A DNA stretch of 64,000 nucleotides from Cyanophora paradoxa CCMP329. Lineage: Eukaryota > Plantae > Glaucophyta. Of the stretch, positions 48,761 to 59,893 are shown one piece after another (positions within the stretch are counted from its first letter, which is position 1; each line of letters starts with the position of its first letter). The stretch is taken from assembly GCA_004431415.1 (NCBI GenBank), contig QPMI01000656.1, forward strand, positions 29,773 through 93,772, read 5' to 3'. The notes under the pieces are model-generated. The model was not told where the DNA came from, ran no database searches, and worked only from the letters and a program-made list of their open reading frames with translations. The position numbers were made by a program, and so were the translations under genes.

Positions 48761-49112
48761 AGGGGACAGAGCCCCTGGTACACAAAAAACATCGTTTTCT
48801 GTCTACCCTAGGCCTAGGTCTACCCTAGGCCAACTAATATACTTTAGCCTAGTCTACTCCCCACTATTGGGTCTCCGACTAGGCGCCCCAAGGGCTATAC
48901 CCTATTGCGAGCCCCGCCCCTCTACCCTTGAGGCGGCTCTCTCGGAGCCTCCCCCCCGCGACGGGCCAGGGCCGGTCACGATGGGGTGGGGTAGAGAGGT
49001 GGCAGGGGGCTGGGGCCGGGGAGATTGTTGGGCTGGCAGGCTCAGGGTTTAAAGCCAAGCGGCGAGATCCCAAAGATGAGAAGAGAGAGGAGGAGATCTC
49101 CGCGGTGGTACC

Positions 49113-52100
49113 TCACGTGTTCCCGTGCAGGACAGAGGAGCGGGCGTGGAAGGCGGTGGAGGTGGCGGTGTCGGTGGAGCGACAGGGAACAGATGGGACA
49201 GGTTGCTGGAGGGGCGAGATGGGGAGGGTGGAGCTGGAGAGCCCGTTTCGAGAAGAGGAAGGGTGGAGGAGGGGAGGGTGCGGGGGAGGAGGCTGGGGTG
49301 AGGGCCGGGCCTCTTCGGTGGGGAGGGCGGGGCGGCGGCCGGTCTTGTGGGGGAGGCCGGTCTTGAGGTTCGGGAAGAGGCTCGGGCACAGCTGATGCGG
49401 CTGCGGACGACGCTCCATCCCGCCGCTGGGCGTGACCATGAGCAGCAGCAGGGGTGACGGAAGCTGCTGCAGCTGTTCTAGATCTGCGGGGGCGAGGTCC
49501 GGGTCCGGAATTATTGCCTCGGGCTGCACGGAATCCCGCCGACTCTTGAATTTCTCGAAGGAGGCGCGGGCGTCGCGTCCGCACTGTTGCCGTGCCGTCG
49601 GCTTGTGCCACTGGTGTGTCAGGCGGGGCACTTGCGTTGGCGGACTGTCCTTTGGACTCTGGGGCCTAGCTATAGAGGTGTCGCTGACGGCCGACGGGCG
49701 CGGGCGGGGTTGGAAGAAGGTGCGGATGTCTGCTCGCGAGTTCCGGGCCGCAGGCCTTGGGGTAGGCTGCGCGCTCAGCGGGGGCCGGTATTGGGGTTCC
49801 GGTGCGGGCGTGACTATTTTGGGCCTGGATGGGCCTGCAATGGCTTCATCTTGGGGGGCGCGGTCTGTCTCGCTGGTTTTGGGGGGCGACACTGGAGCGG
49901 TACATTTTCCTTTGCGTTTGTGCTGCGCCAGGGCTTCGGGGGAGGCAGCAGCGTAACCGCACCGGCAGCTGAGGGGGGCATCCCGTGGCAGTTCTCCCGG
50001 GGCCAGCGCAGCCACCGGTATTGCCCGGGGCTGCTCGGGCTGGGAGGCGGTGCTCGTGGGCGCCTCCGTATCCAAGGCCTGCGAGCCTAGAATCCGAGAA
50101 AGAATGAGGCCGCGCCAGGTGGCGCAGTTAGACACAGTGCCCGTGAAGGAGGGTGTGTAGGCCGTGGGGTCATGTTCCAGAGCACGGACAAGTATTTCGG
50201 CGAAGGCACAGACGAAAATCCCGCAGTTGAAGCGATCGTTTTGGGCCGGGATGGGGAATCGGGTGGCTGAGGGGAGGGGCCAGGTGAGAGCGTCGTCGGC
50301 GCCGGTCGAGGAGCCTAGGGCTGCGCATTCGCGCTCCATGTTGAGCCATTTTAGGAGGGGCAGGAGTTGACGGCGGGCCTCTTCGGGGCCCGGGAGATTG
50401 TATCCATCGTATAGTTCAGCACGGCGAGCACGGAGATGGAGGGCTGCAAGGATCCAGTGGCCCGGGGTGTGGATAGGGAAGAGTAATAGGTCATAGTCAA
50501 AGACATTAATTCCGCGCCCAGCGGTGCGACGGCGCAGGCGGGCGCTGCCCGCCGGCGTTATTGTCTGGGGAATAGCGGCGTAGAAAGTGTGCGGGAAAAG
50601 TAAGACGCGTCGGCGAGGGTTAATTTCTCCGCTCGCAAGAAGGTTTAGTCGGGCAAGGTAGTAGTTGATGACGTCGGCGTTCACCCAGGACGAGCCGTTC
50701 AGCGTGGCTAGGTCATGGAGCGATACGGAGGCACTGCCAAACAGTGCAGCGGGGCCGCTGCGGGCTGCCGGGAGCTCTCGGACTGCGCTGTTGGGTAGAG
50801 CGCGGGTAGGGGAGCGGCGTACTTGGGCCCAGGCGGCACGTAATGCAGGTGGGGACGGCGGAGCCGGCCACCCTGCATTACTGGCATTAATATTGGTGAT
50901 GCTGTTAGCAGCTGCCGGCCTAGCTACAGGTCTAGGTCTCGGGCTCGAGCTCGGGGCGGCGGTAGGGGGCACCGGCGTTGCGGGTATCGCTGTTGTAGGG
51001 GGGGCCGTGGCCGGCCACGGTGCTGGGGGAGCAGCGCGGGTTCGAGAGCGGCGCGACTGGCTGACTAATTGTAGGTCTGATGAGAGGGTGAGCTGGCCGT
51101 TGGGTATCCGTCGACGCGGGGCCGGGGCCACCACGGTCGAGGGGCTCGTGGGCTCATCCCTAATCCTGGCTGGCATCGACCTCGCCGGTGAGGGCTCAGC
51201 AGGGCGCGAGGGTCGAGGTGCATGAGTTTGGCGGCGAGTAATCCCGTGTCGGCGTTGCCAGGACTGGACTTCGCTATTGCGAGCCTTCCAGATTGCTTGG
51301 GTGTAGTCTATGATGGTGGCCATAATTGCGTTGGCGCATTTAAGCGCCGCCGGTCTACGTACATCTAAGTAAATCAGGGCAGGGATGAGGCTACGAGGAA
51401 GGAGGAGCCTGACGGTGTGGCGGGGAGAATCGCAGGCAAGGTCGGCGAAGAGTTTGCTGCCGAGGCTTTGCCACTGATCGGGCAGGCCATAGAGTGGCTG
51501 CGTGAGGTGCGAAGGAAGGGGGCCCGGCCGTTGGCGCTGACGCTCTGACCATCCCCAGTTTGCATCGTCAGCCAGTGCAAAGGCCGGGAACAGTTGGCGC
51601 AGCAACAGTCCGTCCTGGCGCAGGGCCGGGGGCAGCTTGTAGGCTGGGTCGCCAGCTGCAGCCGCATCGACTGCAGTTTTTAGGCGTTGAGACGATATGG
51701 TTTCGTACAATAGGTTGAATATCTTAGTTTGGGCTTCGATACGGAGGGTGCGTGTTGCTGGGCAGAGACCAAAGGCGTGGTCGTGGGTTTCAGGCGTCCC
51801 GCTAACGATAGGGGGGGGCCGCGGTGCCTGGCGTGCGTCTCGTGCGGCCGGGTCGCCGTTGGGGCCGTTCCGGATCCCACCGTCTTCCTCGGGGTCGGAC
51901 GCAGGCGGCTGCCATGGCGGGGCTGGGGTGGGCCGGCCGTCTGGGCCTAGCACGGACGCGCAGCCTGCGCGAACACAGAGTCCATTTGGATTTATTGCAC
52001 TATAGAGATGGGGAGCGTCCCGGGCACGTTCACCCATGAGGGGTGCGAGTCCGGAGCTGAATTTCGTGATTTGAGCAAGCCTCGCATTCAGGGGTGCGAT

Positions 52101-55100
52101 GCATCGCGGGAGAGCCCTTTCTTGCGGTATTCGCGGGCGAGGCGCGCACGGTCGACCGGACTGCCCAAATGGCATTTTTCGGTTGCAAGGAGACGGGAGA
52201 AGTTCCGAAATTCGCACGTATTTTTTACGTGTGCTCGCGGGTCAGACTCAACTCTGTAAACTCTACGAATGTCGTAGTTCTCGTTCCAGCAGCGCGGGGG
52301 CGAAAAGAGTAGGACCATGTCAAATCCGCCAGGGGGAAAGACCGGCTCCCGGCGGGCGTGCCACGCGCGTTTTGATGCAACTGTTGCGGCCGGGGACGGG
52401 TCTTCGGGGTCAGATTGCCAGGCTGCTTCCTCAGGGTCAGCCCAGGAAGAAAGTTCCCGGCCGTCGAGTGCCTGCCGGGAGAGGTCTGCGCTGGGGTGCA
52501 GAGCCAGTGCCGCAGCGGCGAGGCGGTCGGCTCGTGCGTTGTCCCGATCAAATGCACGGTTTGGAACCCGTTCTTCTTCCACCAGCAGGGGCAGGCTTGG
52601 TAGTCCTGGTGTATGCTGACCTAGCGCAGCCCGGGCTTCGCGCCGCCTCTGTCGTTCTGCTCGCCTGGAGGCACGAGACGCTTGCTGCATTTGGTGGACG
52701 GCTCGGCGGGCGTTCCGACGGTGGATGTGGGCAGTGCCCGCGCGAAGGTGCTCGGAGATATAGTTGTAGGCGCCGGTTAGCGGGTTCGCGCGCCCTTCGT
52801 ATACTCCCGTGCCGGGGCCATATTGAGCTATCAGTTCCGCCTCCGTAGGTTCGGGAGCGACCGGGTCTCGGTCAGAGAGGTAGGATTCGTATGAGTCTGC
52901 GTCTGATTCCGAGTCGTGGTCGGCCACTTCAGCGGGGGCGGCAGCCGGGCGCGGGCGGCGCCGAGTTATATATTCTTTCTGGTGGGCTTTGACTTTGACA
53001 AGACGTTCTTCGTATAGCATTCTGTCGGGTGCCACGGCCCTTGCTAGTGCAAGCCGGATGCACTGCACCTCAGCATACGCTTTAAGGTGATGGGAGTACG
53101 AGGCTCGAATGCAGCTGCGAAGGGTGGCGATGGCGCGATGCGAGACGTACTTGGAATAGTCCGCCATTGCAGTGAAGCTGTCAGTTTTCACTGTGCAGCC
53201 TTCGGGAGAGAGCAGCAGGGCGGACAGGACGGCGAGGAGCTCGCCTTTGTTATTGTTCACTGTGCCAGGACACGGGGCCACGAAAAAGTCGCTGCCGTCG
53301 GTCGGGATGGCGTCTGCAAGGCCGCGAAGTTTCGCCACCTGGTCAGTATCGACGCCGGTTGTGCCCAGCCGGTCAGCTAGTGCGTGAATTTGTTGACGGA
53401 GGGCTATCCCTCGCTGCGTGCGGGCAGCTTCGTCAGCTAGTGAGGCCGGGTTGCTCTCACGGGGCCAGACGCCAGCGTAGGCCGTGAGTGCAGCTTCTGA
53501 GGCGGCGTCCATGGTACTGGCATCCGTGGCTGCGAGTCGGCGCTCGCGGTCGAGCGGGAGGGAGGTGCGGCCGAGCTCCGCGGCAATCAGGTTCCAAAAT
53601 GGGTCAGCATACTCTGACGATGGGATGCAGAAGTCGCTCAACTGTCGGCGTTGGGGGTAGGCCCGAGGCGCTGTCGGCGGGGGGACGGTCCCAGGGTCGC
53701 GAGCGGCGACTCCATCTGGCCGCTGGGGCGCCTCGTGATCATCTGGATCATAATTCCAGTCCTGTTCCCACGGGGGGAGGAAATGAGTGTCGCGGAACTC
53801 GGGCCACCACGTTATTTTATCTTCAAGGAAAATGCGAGCATGCTCGGCGACACGGCCTGACCGCGACTCGGGGACCAGGCTCTGAAGTCGGGCGGGTAGA
53901 TGTAGGCTGTGTCTTCGGTCCAGCGGCACCGTTGGGAGGCCGGGTCTGAGTGGTCACATGCGCGGCGGAGAGCCTCTGCTTCCGGCGTTTTCGCTGTGAA
54001 GCGGCTGTCGCATTCTTTGGGATCCATTATGCAGCGGAAGAAGGAGACGGGTTCGCCGGTGGTGTCATATATGTGGTCCTCTCGGTCGTCCTGGCCTTTG
54101 TCTCGGCGGACCCAGTGTTCGAGCTCAACTAGGACGCGTTCTCTGCCGTCGTCAGCGTCAGTTGTCCGCCGGATATTGCAGATGCGTCCTAGATACGCTT
54201 CCGTTGTCCAAACGAAGCCGCCGACTTTGTACTGGGGCGAGAGCAGGCCGGCTTCAAGAAGGGTACGTTGGGCTGCAGCCGGATTTTGCGCAGGCTGCAG
54301 GTGCATGGGGAAGCGGAGACGACGGGGGATGGCGCGCGGGCCGACGGGCTGACATATTGCTCGGGTGAACGACGGGAACCAGGAGGGAGGTCTATTGAGT
54401 CGCTGTTTAATTTTCCCGCTGCCCCATAAGCTAATCCAGTCGAGCACACTGACGCCGTCGGGCCCCGTGACGTCAGCAGCTGTGAGGATATCGTGGCGCC
54501 AAAGGAATGGTGCAGCCTCACGCAGGAGGCGCGGGGGGAGCAGTGTTGTGAGCACAAAGCGGCGTTCGAGCTGCGGTGAGGCAGGGCCGGAACGAGATAG
54601 TCCTTGCCTGAGTCGAGTTTGTAGCCGGCGCGGGTCAGATTTCGCGCTACAGCTAGTGCAAAATTGTCTCTGTAGGCTGCGGGGCCCAGCTGTAAATTGG
54701 GGTAGCAGTATGGCGGAAGGGAAGCCCCAGTTGCTCCTGCGCTGCGAAAATGCGGTGCATGATATACGGGAGAAGCAGGGGGTGGTTCGTGCGGATGGTT
54801 TCATCGAGCACGTGAATGGCCAGCTGTTCGTCCTCCGTTCTCTTGAGGCCGTAGAAGCCTCGGCTCCACATGAGCGCGTTGGGCGTGGACCCCCTAAGGC
54901 GGGCATGATGTTTAGTGAGCGTCATCCAGAGAGTGTCGAGCTGGGCACATTGTCTCTCGGTAAAGGAAACAATCTTGCAGGCGTAAGTGATGCGAGGGAG
55001 AAGGACGCTATTTACTATGTATATCGTCTCTTTGGCGGTGAGTTTCTTACGCCTTAGTATCGCGCAGGCTGCCCGAGCTGTTGAGTATACAGCCTCAAAT

Positions 55101-58100
55101 TGCCGCCGCCAGTCCAGATTTGCTGTCATCCAGACCCCGAGCACCTTGAATGGTTTGTTCGGCGCAAGGACTTTGTCGGCCGGTTCTTTAGCATCGGCGG
55201 GCCTAGTAGCGGGGCAGACGGGCGTGGGGAGACGTTGTTGTACGTAAATTCGGTTTTCTTCGCGTTGAGGGCAATATCATGTATCCAGAAGAATTCAGAG
55301 GCCAGGTCTGCGTGCAGCTGGATGCCCGGGCTGTACCGCTAATAAGTACGGTGTCGTCTGCGTATGCTTGCCCCGGCGAGGTCACCCGAGGCAGGCGCGC
55401 TCGCAGGCGTCGGGTGGGCGCGGGCAGGTTAGCGTCAGACGCAGAGGGCGGCGGGCCCATGGAGTATTGGGTGCTCTCCGCAGCGCTGACTTCGCGTAAA
55501 GCCGATAGAAATACGTCATAGAAGATGAGCCAGTGAATTGGGGACTCGGTTCCTCCTTGCGGGAGCCCGCACTCCACATCGAAGGGGTCAGTTGGGCCGT
55601 ACCCTGTCGCGACGGACGCTGTACGTGATGTTGATATTTGTCCGTAGAGGCTTATGTACCGTTCGGGAATTTTTAGGCGGCGGAGTGCCATTTCCATGCT
55701 AGACCAGCTGACGCTGTCGTAGGCTCTGCGAATATCTAGCAGTAGCAGATAGATCGGTTTCGAGAATTGTTTTGCGTCCTCCAGTAGCGCGCGCAGCATG
55801 TACAGAGGCTCGTCGGTGGACTTGCCTCGAGTAAAGGCGAAGTTCGCGCCCTGTAATATGTCGTGTTTGCGGAGAACGCGCGAGAGGCGGTCAGTGAGGA
55901 CTGCCGTCACGAGTTTCAGCGTGCATTCTTGGAGTGTAATGGGGCGGACATTGTCAGGGTGCCCATCCCATTCCCCGCCCTTGGGGATAAGACATATATT
56001 TCCGTGAAGAAGGGGCGCAGGGACAGACGAGAGTTTTAGGATCAGATTTACCGTAGTGAGGATTACCTGGCGGCACGTCGGGAACAGGTTATCGGGTTCT
56101 TGGAGCGGCTCCGGGTCCAGGCCCGCCTTGCGTAGTTCTTCGCAAGTTTTCTTTGAAAGGACCGGTGCCGTCCACAGCATTTTTATCATTTCGTGGGAAA
56201 ATCCCGAGGGCCCCGCCGCACCGTTTCGGAGAGAGCCGATGATTCGGTCCAGTTCGGCCTCGCTGGTGGGTTCCATTAGGTACACATAAATTGCATCATC
56301 AATATCCTGGCGCGGGGAGTGAAGTCGGCGCCATATTGAGGCCTCCTGTGCACATGTACTAAGTGGCAGCGCGCCCGGGTCCCTGTTCGCTGTGAGTGGG
56401 CTACGCTGCCGTGTCCAGGCATGCATGTGATGGCGTGCGAACTGTTTCACTGCATCTTCATTGCCGTATACCTGATATTCTCCAGCGTGGCAGAGGGAGA
56501 AGGAGGTAATCGGCCTGCGTTCTGGGGCTTCAAGTGTTTGGCGGAGGTATTGGGCGAGGTCTGTCTTGAACATGCGCTGCGAGCGCTCTCGGTTTGCTCT
56601 GATTGTCGTGGCTTCGAAACGTTTAATGTGGGCCTGGACTTTGGTGTCCAAGGCCGAGGCCAAGTGGTGAAGCTTGGAAAATAGTCGAGCCAGCTTGGTT
56701 GTCGGGCAGAGAATGGCGGCGGCACAGGGGGTAGTGGGAGTTTAAGATAGCCTGACCGCTTGTCTATTGGGAGTTTGTCAAGCCGGCGGTTGTGATTTGA
56801 GATTGCCCTGCGCAGGTCAGAGAGGGAGTGCCGTACGCGGCGCGGCGTGGAGTCGATCCCGTGGCGCGCCGCTTCCCATGCCTTGCGCAGTTCCTGGCCC
56901 TCGTGAGCAGGTTGGATTCGGGGCGGCCGCGGCGGGAGAATTTTTGAGGGATTTTTGGGGGCGTAAAGATGCAAATACTGGCGATTGGCCGAGGTCACAG
57001 ATGTGGGCGAGAGTGGATTTGAGGGCTTCGTGCAGGCGGGCTAGGCGGTCCTCTGGCGGGGTGCCGTCGTCGTCCTCCAGCGTTGCGAGTAGCTCTCGTA
57101 CGCTAGCTGAGGACCCGGCACCGGCTGCTGTAGCTTTTCTTCCAGTAGTTCTTTGAAGCGAATTTTTGTGAGCGATGCCTGTGTCGCGTACTTGAAACGC
57201 GGGGGCCGGGCGAAGACGCTGGGGCCCCAGTTTATATTTGATGGCCAGGGCCGTTTACTGTACTCTGCAAGGAGTGGGAAATGGTCCGAGGGGAAAGGGG
57301 CGTTTCTAGGCGACGCTTGGGCCGCTCGAAGGGCGTTAGTCGCGACTTGGGATTGTAAGATGTAGTCGAGCCTGGTAGCATGGCGGAGCGTGCCATCTGG
57401 GGCGATGCCTCGAGGGTTGGGGTTGTCAGGAGCGTCAGGAAATATGAAGGTGATTTGGTCGTCGGTGCCCATGGCTGTGGCAGCGTCGGAGAGGGTCCAG
57501 TCGTGAAGCAGTTCATGCCACCAGCGGTGATCAGGTTCTCGTGTGGTCGCATATTGCCCCTGTCTGATTTTGCCCGTCTCGGGACAGAGGCAGCTGTTAA
57601 GATCGCCAAGGAGGAAAAAGTGCGCGCGGGGCGGAGCGCCCAGTCAGCGTACATGGTCGCGCGGAGATAGTCGAAGATTTTCGCACTTTCAGTAGACCGC
57701 GCCGTCCGACTTTCGCCGGGGGGAGGTACACGCTGGCGATAAAGATCTGAACATTATTTGCAAATCGAAGCTCACAGCCGGCACGCGGCCTGGCATTGTG
57801 TAGGTCTTAAAACAGTGCTTGGCCATATTTCTGAGAGAAAAAGGGTTACGCCGGAGCCGCGGGGGAGGCTCGATTTTGGCGGAGTTTCTTCTGCGAGAGG
57901 GGCGGGGTGGGCGGGGCTCGAGCTGGGAGCTCCTGAGCACTAGTTGTGCGCGTGGCCGAGTCGGCGTGCACGGACGTGAGCATGAGCCCCGATGTCACTG
58001 ACCTGCGCATCGCTCTGACCGTAGCCTGGGTGCAGTTAAGTGATTGGACCCCTAATACGCTCAGCCCCCAGTCAAGCATATATTTCTGGATCTGGCCGAC

Positions 58101-58432
58101 ATGGTTGACGCTAGAGCAGGTGCGGGCGTTCCAGGTCGCGAGTCTCCAGTACTGGTCAGAGTCAAAGCGGCGGCGTATGATACCCGATTTTCGGTGAGTG
58201 CCCGCAGGTTTGGCTCCGAGGCGCTCGTGTGTAAACAGCTCGAGGGAAATAGCGTGCGGAGCAGCGGCGCGGGACGGCCGGCACCAGCGGGGCCAGGCGT
58301 GTTATATGCGGTCATGGGACTCTGGGCGGGTGGAACATTTTCTTGTGCCCCTGGTGCAGGCCAGACTCCAGGCCTGGGTTCTTCGCGGCGGTGCGCGGGG
58401 GCGGGCCGGATAGCGCTGTCGTTGGATGCCAT
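49113..58432 (-). CDS. LINE ORF2 polyprotein (~3,100 aa after frameshift correction): APE - RT - RNase H - Zn knuckle - Ulp1 protease - Zn finger
   Basis: APE ~57265-58150 (LATWNAR, LLGDLN, RLDYI, SDH). RT ~55130-56300 (LIPK, RPITL, LDIRRAYDSV, GLPQG, YADD at 55353-55364, LGVW). RNase H ~52520-53535 (TDAS, ELLAV, TDS, KVKAH, NARADRLA). C...C...ETHDH...C and IWKARN follow. Confidence 0.92.
50088..50726 (-). other. Ulp1/SENP (peptidase C48) domain within LINE ORF2
   Basis: Motifs: DLATL...WVNADVINYY, HTFY, LLLFPIHTPGHWILA (His), LYD (Asp), PAQNDRFNCGIFVCAFAE (oxyanion Gln, catalytic Cys). Confidence 0.93.
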
Positions 58433-59746
58433 GATGCCGGGCTCGCGCGTGATGCATGGGCCAGCATGGCCGGGTCAGCTTGGCCCGCCGCGGCGAGGGC
58501 CGAGCCCGCTGCCGCTGCCTGGCGGCGCCACCCCGCATTCGCATGTGAGCCTCTAGCGCTGTGGTCATGGCAGCTATCGGCCCGATTGACTGGTTGCTCC
58601 CGATTGGCGGGTGCACAATGAATGGCGACGACGACGTAGTGCCGGCGCTAGCGGCCGGTCCGGGAGGGCAGAAAAAATTCTTTTCTGTTCATGCATATGT
58701 CTTGGGGCCGGGGACTCGGACGGTTCGCCGGAGCCAGTGATCGAGCTCGCGGTAGGCGTCGCGGAGATTCGAATTCGGGTCGGGATCCAGCTGCAGCGCC
58801 GGCCGCGGCGTGCACCGCCGTGCAGTCTACAGTGCAGACCGTACACGTGCGGGCCACTGACAGTGAGGCTACGTATGCTATGCTGGCGGTAGCGCCGGCG
58901 GCGCACATACACAGTGTCATACTGGTACTAGTAATTGTAGTGGCGGTGGCGCTAGCTGTTGTGATTGCCTTGGCGTACCCATCTTTGGCAGCCCTAGCTC
59001 TAGATCGGGATCTGGGGCCTGCTAGGTCGTGATCGGGGGGCTGTTACTACTCAAGTTAAAGGTGGCGCCGGCGCCGGTGCGCGTGCCGGCGCCAGCTGTG
59101 TCGGTATCATATGCATTAGTGCTAGTGCAAGGCATTATAACTACTCGGAGCCGCGTATACGTATACGTACGTGCCGACGGCGCCGTCAGGTCGAGGCCGG
59201 CATCGGCACCGGTACCGGCGTCGGCGTCGTCCTCTGGCATCTTTGATCATGACAGGCTAGCCGGCGCCGGCGCCGTAGTACTAGTAGCTTCTGAGGTACA
59301 GGTCTGTAGCGGGGGCCGGCTTCGGCACCGGCCTCGGGCTCCTGGCTTCGCTTAGGGACTAGCTGTCGTGTTACGTATACAGCAGGATCCGCGGCCTGCT
59401 GGGGCCGAGTCCGGGAGGCAGCGGTCGGTGTCGTAAGAACAGGCTGGCGCTTCAGGCCGGTGGTGCAGTCATGATTAGACTGTTCTCCTAGCGTGGCTGT
59501 CGAGCGTGCGCGAGCCCGGGCTAGCCGGATCCGCACAGTTGATGGGTACGTTTTCCACCCACGTACCCCTCTGGGCCTCGCGTGCAAGTCGTGATCGGGT
59601 CTAGATCTACAGGGCCAGGTGCGCGTCCGGCGCGTATGAGTACGGGTGTTCTCCTTTGGGTCCCCCACTGGTACCACCGCTCTGCACCTGTTTAGCTCTA
59701 GCTCGAGATCTGGATGTTGTGACTTCGGCGTCGAGGTGTCCGTACA

Positions 59747-59812
59747 TGACGGGACTAGAGCTAGCGCTATTACTGGTTCTGACGGGACTAGAGCTAGCGC
59801 TATTACTGGTTC
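59747..59812. repeat. 33-bp exact tandem duplication in the inter-ORF spacer
   Basis: tgacgggactagagctagcgctattactggttc occurs twice. Confidence 0.92.
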
Positions 59813-59893
59813 AGGATCTAGGCGGAGGGGCTTGGCTGCCTTACTCTTAGCTTGCTGTGGCTCGCGGCGGTTGGCGCTGGAGTTGCAGCTAGC

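Noticed and set aside
51200-51800. Assignment to Dualen/RandI (second, RLE endonuclease)
   Set aside because: No PD-(D/E)xK motif is seen after the Zn knuckle; the segment ends in the IWxxRN motif of APE-only elements.
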